A stretch of 64,000 nt of DNA, from NCBI GenBank assembly GCA_965285935.1, contig OZ260666.1, positions 35,960,001 to 36,024,000 on the forward strand. The letters are read 5' to 3'. Origin of the DNA: Ophelia neglecta. Taxonomy: Eukaryota. The notes beneath the pieces were generated by a model. That model saw nothing but the letters and a program-made list of their open reading frames with translations. It was not told the origin of the DNA and ran no database searches. A program made the translations under genes and the position numbers. This document shows positions 22,979 to 37,200 of this stretch, one piece after another; position 1 is the stretch's first letter, and the number at the start of each line of letters is the position of its first letter.

Positions 22979-25900
22979 ATGGAATGCGACCACACACTAA
23001 AGCAATTAGGGTGAGCATGAAGCATTGTTTGTGGATCTTACAATGCTTTTCTCATTGTTCATGCACGTGCGGTTGGTCAAAAATGACATGTTTGATAACA
23101 CGTAGAGATTAATATACTTATATCCCAAGCATGCAAAGATCAAGCTTACTTGCCCATTTTATGAAAGATGTTGTTAATTTATAATGTACCGATAGGAACT
23201 GTAACGTCCCATCCATACCACTACTACGAGAGCTAAATATCGGCGCTATGGAATGGCCTTTTAGTATGGATTACAAAACGCAAAACGTCGTGGTAGTAAT
23301 TGCAGTGTGTATAATTTAAGCGCTCAGTCTAAAGTTATATTTATATATGTCAGAATAACTCTGAAATCGTTGAGCAGTACTCAGTAAGCATAACTAATTT
23401 TCTTAAGTCATGGGTGATTAGGAATTTCAGTAGACATTAATGCTTTTCTCAAATCTTGGCTGAAAAGTTGCCAAAACTCCATAACCATCAAATTAAGGGT
23501 CAATTTCACCAGTAGTACCGATTTGCATTATGCCACATATATGATATTAACATTAATTTAGAGGAAAGCTGGGAATAGTTTCCTAGCTACGGTGAGGGCA
23601 GTTATATGATAGAAGCGTTACTGGCTCACATGGTTGATGTGGTCTGAAACACTGCTAAAGTCAGCCGACCTTGAAATTCTAATATATGAGGTATCCGGTC
23701 TGAAAATTCCGTTTCTCTGCATGACCCAATTTACTAATACCCGCTATATTTGGGACGACACATAAATAACAAACTGTTATTCCCTTTAGTGAAAGAATTC
23801 ACTCTTTATTTCTCGACATGAATAATATTTAGCAATAATTAATAAAAGATGTCATTCTATAATTGTCATGCAGGCATATCGTTTTAAATATATCTATTAA
23901 ATATTATACTGTTATACACATTGTGGTCGGAACCATTAGTCTGTTATCATTTACATTCTCATATTAGGCAAATAAATTAGAAGATTTTATTTAGTAGATA
24001 GAAATATTCTTGGCAATAAGAAACAGTTCATCCAAATTATGTAAATGTGGTTATCCTTTCAGCGTCCCTGGATGTCCATTTCTATGTGTTGTGGTAAATA
24101 GTTCGTCCACCAACTGGAGGTTTATGGACAAAACTGGCAGTCCGAGCCTTAAGTCAAGAGTTCTTTGAAACAGCAACATGTGATAACATGTTTGTCTTTT
24201 GCTTTTTCAAATATCATATGGTCCAAACGCAAGTTGTTTTACCCGTAATAATCTTCTTTCATAACCTAATTTCATTATACATTACAGGGAAAAATTGAAT
24301 AATCTAAAGTTCCTTAGCTCTTCTGCATCAGATCCAAGTATTTCTTTATGCTCTATTTTAGAACTGTATAGTTACTTCATGCTAAATAACTCGTCTAATA
24401 GTTGCTTTTAACCAACTGTAGTAGGTAAATCCGATTGTTTTTTTTATCAATAATGCATGTCAATACTTGAAAGCTGGTAAACATGATAAACGAAATAGCC
24501 GATGCATTTCGCTTCATTTACTGATATTTGCATTTATTATATCAAGGGTTCTGACAAATTTCACTGTAATTGGACCACATAGTCTAAACGGCTATTATTA
24601 GTAAACTTGTCCACATATTTTGTTGAAAACAGTCCAAAACAAACTCAAGGGCCTTTTGTCAGTTGTCATTTGTTAAGTGTTAGTATAATGCTTTCTTTTT
24701 CATTCTTATTATATGCTGAATTTCCATTATAAACGGTGTAAGGAAAAATTCCTCCTTTCTAATTATTTGCATCAGGTTGATAAGATACAAGGCATTTACA
24801 CATTTAGTTATAGAAGCACATTACTCATCATATATTGCTTGTGGCTAAAGTTTTGGTATCATTTTTAATTTAAAGCTACTCACAAACATTGACGACACCT
24901 CTTGTCGAAATTGTTCCTTTGTGTGTAGTCATTTTGCTTTATGTCATTAAGCTACAGACGGTTTTTCCTCGTTAATTTCTGCCCTGATCTACAAAGGACA
25001 AACTTGTACCTCAGTTTGAGATTTTTTAAGTGTTACCCTTAACGTTGTTAATTGAAAGTGTTTGCATTTGTATAAAATGACCTAAAAAGCATCAAGCAAT
25101 AATGACAGATATTTTTTGATACACCATTCAATTACGAGGTTTTCTCAAAACTTTTACAAAAATCACAATTTCTAAACAGCACTTCTGTGTTTTCCACTAA
25201 GGAAACATAAGCACTGCAAAAGTAGCATATTTTTGCTAGTCAATGGTTGCATTGAAATCTATATCAGGTTCCATACTTAATTAATACTTGCGACGTTTAT
25301 TAGACATGATTATGGCCAAACTCATGTCTTGGTGTGACTAATGTGTTAGGGAAAATAACGGTTTGTTCTGATACGATTTTCGGCAATGTGTTTGAAAAAA
25401 TAAGGATTTAATACGAGGCGTAATAGAATAATGGATAAGCCAATCGAGAGGAGTGTTGGGAAAACCTGAATTTCCAAACATTTACTCTATATTCTTTTGC
25501 ATTTTATCGGACATGATAATGGTGAACTTGGGTCTCTGCATAAAATATACTGTCTTCATGACTTAATTTCACTTGATTAAGTTGCAACCATTCAACTGTT
25601 CACCAGACGACTATATCCGGAATCTCATGCGTATGCCATATTGAAATGCTAGAAGAGTTGTACAACGCATTGGTTGTCTGGTTGTCTGTGTGTTTATATG
25701 TATGTCATTTTGCCACCATTCCTTTATAAGTCAGTTGGAAATACATACATTGGACAGTTATATAGTGCCATTGAATTAAATAAAAAGCAAGCATTTTTGT
25801 TTTATTCCTTCAATATCGAAAAATTGGATCAAAACACTAGCCTAAAGAGATTTATCCTTACGCATTTCATGAAATATTTTTGTAGATTTTCCATTTGCCC

Positions 25901-26933
25901 GTTGGTAAAAGAAATGTTTGTGTAAACCACCCAACATGATTCAGGCAGTTGGCCTTGTTGCATATTAGATATATTTCCCTCAACCAACACATGGGGCCAT
26001 TATTCTTACACTAATTCCCTTTGCCATTTGTAAATGATTTCGCGATTTAAGCAGTGATACAATAAATTGGCTTTACTAGAAATACATTGAATTCATTGTT
26101 TTGTCACCACATTGGCCATGAAAAGTATTTCCAATTACAATATTTACCTGATGAACGTATATTTATGTTATGGTATGCATGTTTTTCTATATATATTCAA
26201 TAGTTACCTGCTATACTTCACAATAAAAGCGTGCCTGGTTCACTTTGCTTATTCACCGTATTATTGCAATATAAGGAGATATTATATCCTTTCAAGGTGT
26301 TTCCTTGATGTAAATCGCACACAAAATAATTGAATATCGAGTGACAGATTGATTTTAAGGGTAAATTCATAGAAAAACATGTCCGAGGGTTAAGATGGAC
26401 AAGGCTTTCTCATAAATTAGAGACTGCAAATGAGAGTAGCCCCATACAAATTCCTTGTACTACTAAGAAGATGCATGATTTATATATCACCAACATTACT
26501 AAAAATTGTATCAAAAATCATAGCTTTATTGTGACTGGCCGTAGGAAAGACTGCTTATCATTTGTGAAGGACAATTAATGCAAGACATACACAGGCGCTT
26601 TAATTTCTCACAAATTATCAATAAATTCCTTCACATGTAATATTCTCAAATACCACAGCACATCCTATATTCATTCGAAAGTGTGCAACATACAATGCAG
26701 CAGTACTTCTGATTAATACTTCTGTGCAACAACCTTCACTCAGATGTGAGACACTACATACCATAATACTGTTAGTATTGGCTATATTATATATGTTACC
26801 TGCAATTTGAAATTTATAATACACTTTCATGTTGACTGTTAATAGCCAATCGTTGCTGCCCGTAAACTGTATATTCTATGGAAAAGTAATGATGATGACA
26901 ATGGGGTGGAAGCAGAATTCTGCTTATATACCC

Positions 26934-26987
26934 ATTAGAAGTAGTGACATGTGATTAGAAGTAGTGATTAGAAGTAGTGACATGTGA
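26934..26987. repeat. Short tandem repeat of attagaagtagtg(acatgtg)
   Basis: Three copies of attagaagtagtg, two extended by acatgtg. Confidence 0.8.
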
Positions 26988-28215
26988 GGGTTACCAGCAA
27001 GTAGTGTTATCAAGTCGGCGTGCTTTGAAAAAATGGAGAACTACTATAACAACTAGTGTCTTTAGATAGCAAGAGTTCTTAGTGACAGTTTTGAATATGT
27101 TCTAAAAATAGGAGTGTCATCATTACTTAAGGCTTGTTAACCCAATACCCCCCACCCCCCCCCCCCCCCATCCACACACACACACCCGCTCGGCCCGTTT
27201 TTGATCCTCCCTAGCACCGCCCCTCCCCACACCCATGTTCCGCCCTACCATTGTATAGACGTCAGCACATGTACGAGTCTGTAATGCCATTAGCCACTTG
27301 ACACATAATACGGTACCGCCGTCATCCTTCAATCTGACCTGATCAGGATCACTGGGTCACCCATTAATTGGTCAATAAGGCTGCTTTCAAATTGATCCAC
27401 CATTTAGTCCACGCCTCGATTCGGATTCCTCCGAGTATTATTCTGGTAAACTAACTACGTTATGATCTCGATAAATGTGCTTATGACGGCATGTGTTTGA
27501 TCATGTAGTGTTTCATTCGAAAAACATGAAACATTAAAAAATACAGTTAGTCTGAATAAGCAATGAAATATCATTTTCTTAATATAATTAGCAAGATTAA
27601 TCATTATCAACTGTTATCTAATGTATAGGCTTACTGTAGAATTACTAGTAAACAACGTTCGTAATTATTAGATTTATAGATAAGTTAACTTATCGTGTCG
27701 GAATTGGTAATGGCTAACGTTAGTTAAGCCAGATGTGCTTATATTAGGGAGCTCTATGTACCTTCGGCAGTAATGACGTTAGTTACCTATCCGGACAACT
27801 ACAGCTGTGTGCCTCATCTACCAATATCTATTAAACATCATGCATGCATGCCGCTGGCTTGGCTGGTGAGTCAAACTGAACAAAGCGTCCATGGCGGCAC
27901 CACTATCCATCCGCGCAGTGAATTTCACTGGGCGCTGGAGCCAAGCACAAGACGCTTAGCACTAACGAGAGCTGCACTCTCATGCGAGCGGGATATATAT
28001 TTACCAGTTTGTTTACAGTCGGACCACACAAACACTAGTGTTCGAAATCTGCCAGAGTCCCGTTGGAATACGTTCATACCGAGTAACGTCAGTTTCACCA
28101 CATAGCGCAGGTAGACTTGAGTATAGACACTGTGGGAATCTTCTGTACCTTAACAAGCTATACACTGGGATACCAATTTGATTCTTCCCCTATCTAGAAG
28201 ACTACAAACAACAAG

Positions 28216-28281
28216 ATGGGTCTTGGCGGGTGCTACAGCTGCATCAAGTACTTGATGTTTGCCTTCAATTTTCTGTTCTGG
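28216..28281 (+). CDS. Tetraspanin C coding exon 1
   Basis: aagATGG; MGLGGCYSCIKYLMFAFNFLFW (same peptide as gene A, 63/66 nt identical); donor gtaagt. Confidence 0.93.
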
Positions 28282-31200
28282 GTAAGTGAATGTTTTTTAG
28301 CACGACAGCCTCATTTGTTCCCTTACATTAACATTCATATTACATTTGCCGCAAATAATGTAAGAGATTACTAGTAAAATGACAAATAGACTCGGAGATC
28401 AACATTAGCATGTTTAGCATGGCAATAGTCAATTGTACAGGTCAGATAGGACTATACACGTCATATACAGGCCCGCCGATAAAAATAATGCTCTACAATT
28501 AACATCGCAACAAAACTGGAATAGTTATAATGGAATATCGGTTAGCTTTAGTACGAGTTGTGTGCGTTTAAATTGTCCAAGAAATGTATGCTATACACAT
28601 GTACATGTAGTATGTACAAAAGATAATAAATCAGATTATAAACAATGTGCCTAGGACAATTAGACCCCATTAAACGGATGGGTGTGTCCTTCTGAGTATA
28701 TCCTCTCATTATCAAGAAAGAAATGGACTAAACACGCAAATTGTACCATTAATGTAGCTTAATTACAATTTATCGGATTGAATACAAAATATAAATAAAC
28801 CAATCAACCAACCAAAAGAATCTTTAATAAAAAGATGGCATTTTAACTGTTCATACTGCTGTGTTACGATTAGGAATAAGAATGGTGACAAATTTTTATC
28901 ACTATTATATTCCCGCCTGAATATTATCTGGTACTAGGAATGACTAGTTTTACAATGGGTGGTGTTTGCTTGTTTTCTGTGTAGTGCTATGTTGGCGAAA
29001 GTGATCCCTACATCTCAGCACAGTATGTGAAATAAAAGGGGATATGAATCTACAGAGTGGCTTGTTGAAAAACCTTCTCCCTAAAGATATTATACCAATG
29101 TCTCTGAAAATGTTCACATTTTTATGCCTGTGTGCTCAGCCCATTTCATGATAACCCAAAGCCCCCCCCCCCCCCCCCCCTCCCGCTACAATTCTGCAGG
29201 AAGAACCGAAAGCTGTGAGATATCCTGGAAAAACCAAAATGTATATCCATGCTTGACTTATTCGGTCGGGGATTGATTCGATTAATAGCACAGTATAATC
29301 TGTTGATCAGATAATGGTTATAAACCAGCTGCCACATTACTGGGAATTGGTCTGATAATCTCTTGATATGTTTAATATGGCAAAACCAACAAGCTTTTTA
29401 ATACACTAAGAGGGAAACCTGCATCCTATGTGCAAAGTTATCACTGTTCTTGACAAAGTTATTAAATCTAGAACTGAGTCATTGTTGCCAGAAATACATG
29501 TATGAATCACGTATCATACTGTGTGCGATTTGTATTAAGGTCATACCTCTTTTCACGTGATGCCAGCTTTCATCGATTCCGTTCAGGTTCATGTTGTAAA
29601 GTATGACATATATATGGCATAATTAAATGCTGGAAGAGACCTGAAGGGGGGGGGGGGGGGAGGGTTCGGAGAGGAATATTCTAGAGAGTGAAATGGTCAC
29701 CGCTCCCTTGCCAGTTTTTGTTTGGAGGATCCATGAAAGTTACCACTAAAAGAGATAAGCCTCATGTATAGTATGTGTTGTCAGGTAAGTTTTACACCAA
29801 GAGAGCTAGTTTAGTACAGTCTAGAGCTACAAACAAGCGACAACACATCAAATTTATGAATCTCTTTTATTGTAAATTCCATCTAGTGGGCAAAGACTAC
29901 ATACAGGAAAATAAACTAAATACAATAGTACTGAGGCCAAAACAACCAAGTATACAAGCTAACAGAAACAAGAACATGTGATATAACATACTTTAGATAT
30001 ATCAGAAAACCACCCTTAAAACTACCCTTAAAACTACATATGAACAATAACATGTCATGTTGAGATATCCCACATGCTCAAGATGAAAAGAGTTGACACT
30101 GTACAACAATACGATCTCTGAATACCAAAGTGGAAATCAAAGAAAAAACTAAACAAGCTTCCCTGTGGTGTATCCTGGTTCTGATCGGTGAACCCTCTTT
30201 CGCGATAGCCCTTAAATAGTACAGTAATGCTAGTGGGATAAAATCATAATTTCTACCAGCTTTCCGTGTGTGTGATGTCTATAGCATGTTTACCAAGTCG
30301 CTTTCTGAGGTTTGTTGTTTTACTAGAGGGATGATACACTGATCTCTAGCGCAAGTAGAACAGACTCGATCATTATCTCTCCATGGCTGCCTGGGCTGGC
30401 AGAGAAAACTCATAAAATGTGTTTTACCGTGCTTTGACGATCAAATAAATTCTGACAGGCTTGGTTAATAAAACACTGTCGATATAGATTGACTGCACAC
30501 ACTCCGATTCATGACAGGCTTGTAAATTTAGCCCAAGCTAGCTGGGGGCGGTGTAATGAGCGAACGGGACTTAACGGCTGCAGGAAACAAGTTGCTCCAT
30601 GCTGCTTGTATAATTCGATCATGTAGGTCAAGGCATGCTCAGAAATCATTGGCAGGAGGCAGAGAGGAGCCAAACATGATTTAAGTATTATGGCCCTATA
30701 TACATGCGAGCAATGTGGCCGCGCCATTGCTGTAAGGATGCCTGGATGTTGTTGCCTGGGGCGGCAAGTTCCACGAATGTTCTTTTAAGAATCACTATGC
30801 AAGCGCAATCCGTCTCCAAATGAGACTGTTAGTCTAGGATGGGATAACTTGAAACATAAGTTGGGAGCTAGAAAGCCTGTCCGCGATTATATCTGCCGGA
30901 CGCGATGTTTGATTTACTGGGTAGGGTTGTATTTGTGTATGGTTTGTTCTGAGTTCCTAAGCAGTTACTTATGAGACTTGGGTAGATAATTTGACACTGG
31001 TCAATGTGGCATGCCAGGATCGAGAGGGCTCCAGCAGGGATGTAGCGCGATCGAGATTCGAAACAGATGTATAGGCTGTTGGATTTTGTTGATATGCTGA
31101 TATGGTTTCATGCGCCAGAATGTGCTGAACTAACCTATTTTATATGTGAATGTGCTTGATCTACTTAGGTGTTATTATTCAATAATTGCCCAGCAAAACG

Positions 31201-34200
31201 GATTCCAAGTAATATTACATGAATCTGTACATTTCTGTACATGCGTCTTCGTTTAAGAGATCATTTCGTATTGTTTACTGTACATTTCTGTACATGCGTC
31301 TTCGTTTAAGAGATCATTTCGTATTGTTTACTATTCATGTTTCTATAGGTATACGGGCCTATAGTATCATAATTACTCATGCCCCTGTTCGTCTTTACCC
31401 GATCCAAAAAAACAAATTTTCTCCCCACTTAAATTAGCCATGCCCCGGTTCTTCTATGCCCAATCCAAATAAACCAGATTCTCTCCCCACTTAAATTAGC
31501 ATTTACCAACACAACCCATTTCAACCTGGCGGTGTTTCTCTCCTGATATTCAAACCCAGCAACAGATGTGTGTGGGAAACTTGAGTAAATGTACGGGATG
31601 ATCGAACCTTTGAGTAGTTGTCACTTCAAACACACTGGAATGGCTGCTAATAATTAAGAACGCTGGCGGCAATATGGTTGCTCATTACTGTGTCTGGTAG
31701 CTGTTGCTATAATTGTGATGATTTTGACTGTACATGTTATAATGCCAGACCCGGTCAGATCCTAGTGTAGTGCCGTCTGCATCTCCCAGTCCCAGGATTC
31801 CCAGCTTCCTTACTGCCGTATGGTATGTACGTGTTTGTAAGTACACGTTGATTATACAGCCGTGAAGACGTTGGTTCAGCCCACCACATGGTGAGCCAGG
31901 AATGTGCGTACGAGCTGCAAATACAAGATGAAGAATTAGGTCCATGTCCAGTTTGTAGTCCCTCCTCACAGTGCTGTTGTTACGTTCCTCATTAACTCTG
32001 GAGGTTAATGACACTGTAGACAGGGTACAAAGGATCATGGGTACTGTTCTGAACATTCTCAATCTTAAGAGGCACCCGCAGAGGCACAGGTGGCAAGCCC
32101 GCAAAATATGGCGAGCACCAAGGAAACTTATCCCAAATATGTGTCTAGAATAATTGTTAAGCAGGGTAGATCTATGATGCCTTGCTGAAATAGCTACTGT
32201 ATTTGTTTAGTATGTGCACAGCCCTACTAGTTTCAATTTACTAAAACCAGTGCACGATCAATAAAAAATCACGGTAAGGCCTAATCATATACCACAGGCA
32301 CGAACATCTGTTGGAATGGCCACGAACATTTACATCATTGTTAACCCTCCCCTTGTCGCTAACTAAAACCAACTATTGGAACGCTTATTTCTGGATTTTC
32401 GAGGTGAAAATTAAGTATTTTTGTCTATTGTTTTCACCCCCTCTGCATCGAGACAAAGCAAACAGTTTCTCTCCGGTATCTACACTATTTAAAACTAAAT
32501 TTGAATCGAATTTCGATGAAGTTAAACAACTTGTGCAAGTTGTAATACACCGGCCGTGGTTCTACGACCAAACTGTGACAGAATGTGTGCCGATGTTCCT
32601 AGGGGCGTCGATTTTATTTCAAAGGTGTGAATGACTGTTCTAGGAATCGTAAAAAGTAGAGGTGGCTTTATTTATGACATATTTGCCGTCCTGTGAAAAC
32701 AGTGCATGTGCTAATATCTAGTTTTGTTTTGCCCTACCCGAGCTCTCCCTTCTTTTTGTTGACCCCCCCCCCCCCCCCAGGGTTGTCTGCTTATTTCATA
32801 CCATTGAATTAAGGGGAGGCTGTTAAACAGCACACACATCTATATGTTTTTGATGTATATATATATATACATCAAATCATGTATACATTGAATACAATTG
32901 TCGTATGCTCGGTTCAGTATGTCCGTGTCAGTCCATTAAATGAATCATTGATGGTAATTAAGGTAGACTTTGATCGGGGCTGATTCATGTATCAGTGTAT
33001 ACATATCTGATTACCTTAGAACATTGCTATATTAAACAATAAAGCTCCGGGCGGACGCTTGTTTGATCATAAACTCTCCATGATCAGCAAATACTGTCAT
33101 TTTTTTCAGTCACACACCACTGGCTGCCCAAGTAACTTAACTATAAGAAATGCATAAACATGGCTAAATTTAATGATTTTCTCTGGGGAAGGGGTACGGC
33201 AGTCAAGACCCCCATACTATTAACAGGCTCCTGCCAGACACCCAGGCGACCAGAGTTAGATCCGCTAGTCAATAAAGACATGCAGTATTTAAGGAGTGCC
33301 TGTTCCAATACTTAGACAGAAATACATGTCTTCATTCTTTTGTCAATATGGCTTTAAACAAATATTATTTGCTCGATACGGACCCTCCCTCTCTGTACCA
33401 ACACTGTGTTTTTCCGTTTATTAATCATCTCAATGGTATGCTTGGTCTGCGCCTACGATCAGTGTATGTATTCGGGTTAATAGGTAATTGGCTGACATTG
33501 ACAATTCCTGGTAGTGTTCTGTCGTTTCCGACCGTCATGCACGTCGATGTCAGAGCCTTAAAACTAAAACGAGACAGTTTTATGGTTAGGAAAACCGTGC
33601 AGAGGTGCTCCCAAATAAGGGATACTTTGGTACAAATGTTAGACATTGAAGTAGAATCCTATATACTGGATCGTGTGTGTTCATGTTTAAAAGTTATTTG
33701 TATGTGGGCGTATGTGTGAAGTTTTAGTCTACAACTATTTCCTTCTTTCTTGATCGTATATGAAGTTATTAGGTAACTCTAACCAATAAAAACGAAGCAT
33801 TATGCAAGTAAAGTGTAATACTGGCCTGATATTCCGGAATGGTGACAACAGGTACCTTAACACCATTCAGGTGTGTGGCGTATGTCGTCTGCTGTCGATC
33901 GGCAGACGTGTCATCAAGCTGCCGCCTCCTATTATCTCACATTACTGTACCATGTTAAACACATCAAACTATCCGTATTATCGTGTTGTCAGCCGTTATC
34001 GTGCCTACTGCACGACTGTTACTGACAGACTACCGTAGTGATTCTTATAAACACAATATAAAAGGATTGCAGGATAAAGCCGGGTGTATATTTATGGCTA
34101 TTTGGAGCTGTCTGATTTTAAGCCGATAAAATTCTAACCGAGCGATGCAGTGTTATCAATTCATTACCACGATGTTGAAGAATAGTTTGACTAATAAACT

Positions 34201-37200
34201 AAATCATAACTAGTGCGTAGATGTATATACTTTATATATGAATATTCCCAAAATTAGGCCGCGCCTTCAGAAACAAAATAGCCACTCAAACAAGGGAAAA
34301 TTTTGACAACCCTACAAATGTTAAAAGAAATGCCAAAGCAATAAAATAAATGCAAATATCTTTAGTGTGTTTCTTGACACATGGTAGGTTCCAGTTTTAC
34401 TGACTTTAAATTATTAGGTATCCCTCCATCGTAAGAGGGAAATTTCAATAGAAGAAGTTGCTTCTTTTCGTGTCTGGAGCAACCACCAGTGTAAGACAAA
34501 ATGTCTGATAAACTTTAAACAAGTTACTTTTTATGCATGTAACTTTCATAGCAATGCATGTTAATGCTGAGTTCATATTCAGTGATATTAGTAAGATTGA
34601 CATAAAACACTATGGGCTACATAAAGGCTTTTTTATCAGCAAAATTAGACACCATAATACTAAATGGCCTGTCTAACATCATCCACCCATATCAAAATAT
34701 CCTGCCTTCTAATGACATGGGCAGTTATATTAATCTAGGACAAATACCATCGAAAAAAAACATGCAATTAATTTGTTTTTGGCCTTTTTGAAGAAAAAAA
34801 CTGCCAAAGATGGAAAAGTACTACTGCTGGTCACATATTATCAATACATCAGATAGTAAACACAAAAAGCAACTGTAAGCAATGGAATAGTTGTTGAAGT
34901 TCTAGGACTATGTCTTAACTGCAATCATGAACGATGTCCATCTTAGGGACGTGGTTTTCCAATCTGCAGGTCTTGATGTCTTGTGTCCCCGAGACTTTCG
35001 ACATGGCTGTATAGCACAACCTGCCTTAAAAACCACCTCTATAATCAGACCACCTGTCAATTCAGACCACTAAACTTAAGACCATAGTGTACACTTTCAA
35101 TGTTAAATTACCTGTCTAAACAGACCAGACCAGAAATTAGACCAGTAGTTTCCAGTCCCTTGGGTGGTCTTAATTCACAGGTTTCACTGTTTTTTAGTGT
35201 AGTTCTGCCAAAATAGTGTCGACAAGTGTCATTGAAATTTGTTGACACATGCCGTACTAAATTAAATGGCTAGAATCTATATATGCGCGCCTCAAGTCCT
35301 GTGAGAACGAGGATAAATCGAAGTTTGTGGATAGAAAGTAAACATTGTTCCATATTTGCCGTCGAATAAGAAATTAACCTTAATATCGCTGATCAATGGT
35401 TATTTGTGCTGATGCAAAGGGCATCAGCAAAATAAGCATTCAAATTTGAGCAAAAATTACCGGATCAAGTACAAATATTAATTTTGCTTGACTCGCTTTT
35501 ATCCGATGGATATGAGTGAAATTAGGTGATATCTAACCTCTCACCTTGATTTGAAAAAAGCTGTTCTTGCCAACAACAAACAAGATGTTAAATGCAGTGT
35601 AGTCGTTTAAACGTTGGTTTGGCATTTACTGCTCACAACCTAACGTTATCCGTCCACTGTCTCTTCACATTTCGTTCCTGTTCGTGAAATTTTGTTCAAA
35701 GAAAGTCATCGAGGGGCATGAACAATTCATGGTGATCATGGTACATGCATTTGCTTTATTCGGAGCTTGAGACCAAACGTATGGACAATTTACCATTGGC
35801 AATTAACTAATTCATTATATTAATTCATTTATTGTAAAGGCCTCATTCCTCTAAAATCATTTTTAGAGGAATGCAGGCTTGCGTGCCAAACGTACACATT
35901 TGTAGATTTTAATACTATTATAACCTCTGGTGCATCTCTCGAAACTCAATTATAGCATGTATAGTTGAAGAGCCAGGTATTCCGAAATGGTTTAGGAGTC
36001 AGTCGTTTCACTCCAATGCGAAGGAGACCCTCCCCAACAAGGAACATATTACTCACCCCATGCCACTCTGGGCCCGTTCCATACCTACAAGCCCAAGCAA
36101 TTTACAGTTACACAAGTTTTACCTCAGAGACCTTTTGCAGCCCATGTAGGCACGCCTGATAGGACATTAGTAGAGTGTCATCACGGCAGATCAGGGCAGA
36201 TGTCTTTGTGTGCATTTATTAGGGTTTTATTGCCATTTAATGTATTGACATCAATATTAAAATGAGTTATAACTAATGATATGGCCCGCTCTAAAATTAT
36301 GTTTAACCCCTGACCTGGAATATTCCTTTAAAAGGTATATGTATATCCCACCTTAGCGATGAAATGCATAGTATAGTGATAGTAATTAATCAGGGCCGAT
36401 TCACGGGTACTTTTAATATTTGAAAGGTTTACCTAGACCTAGAATCGATAGCTTTGGGTTGGGGCCCATTATCATTGATGTATTTTCTGTGATCCAGTAC
36501 CAACACATGACGCATCTGTCAGCCGTGGCTGTCATTAATTCTGGTATGTTTTCAAGAATGAACTACATAAATGGCTTAGTGTTGGGTCCTCTCTGAATTC
36601 ATACATTGAACTACGACTCGCATCTGTCCGACTTGTATGGCTCTAGGTGAACAATTTACAGGCCATGCACTCTGATCATAAAATATGAACAGGGACAGTG
36701 CCACAGAACGAAATGATCAGGCTGTGTTGTAAAAGATCTATTTATTTGGCTAAAGGTTCAATTACATAGGGATACAAACAAGAATTGGTCCTTTTTATAT
36801 AGTCGTAAACATTTATTATTGTTTTCTCTCAGTGGTTTTATAATAACATATTACTGTTTTCTACCATAAGGTTTACTATGATATTACATTCTGGCGACTG
36901 GCACAAATAGCAGTATTATTTCAGTGAACTGGTTGCCATAAGGAATGTGTGTTATTCCCATGAATGTATCGTGGGGGCGGCGGATGGGGGGGGGGGGGCT
37001 CACCAAGAGGGGAAAATTATATTCAATTTGAAATGATAAATTTGATTGTTCACTGGATAATTTTGAAAGGGCAAGTGGACGGACCCGAACATCCGGTCCA
37101 CCCTCCCCCCACCCCCTCCCTTCCTCACCCAGCCACCTCGTATACCTCAGTGCTAAAATAACACACAACTTCCTGGATCGAGCAAACGGAACATGGAGAA

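Larger units (their letters stand above)
30480..32110 (-). mobile_element. Decayed CR1-type LINE ORF2 remnant, interrupted
   Basis: Minus-strand fragments in the expected order: LTSRVNE...LDMDLIL...LGLGD (endonuclease end), KSNIASG, ILKRTFVELAAP...IQASLQQ (cf. ILKE.A.ELAP.L..IFQASLQQG), YKPV...SVC; many stops and frameshifts. Confidence 0.5.

Noticed and set aside
27860-28020. AP-1 (TGAGTCA at 27867), TATA-like and FOX motifs upstream of gene C
   Set aside because: Short motifs expected by chance in AT-rich DNA; the TSS is unknown.
28216-28281. Gene conversion between exon 1 of A and C (63/66 nt identical)
   Set aside because: Synonymous differences are 3/19 degenerate codons versus about 15/47 in exon 2, too small a sample to separate from ordinary constraint.
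30699-30730. Plus-strand YTCEQCGR zinc-finger-like peptide
   Set aside because: No downstream His pair and bounded by stops; the region is better explained as an antisense CR1 remnant.
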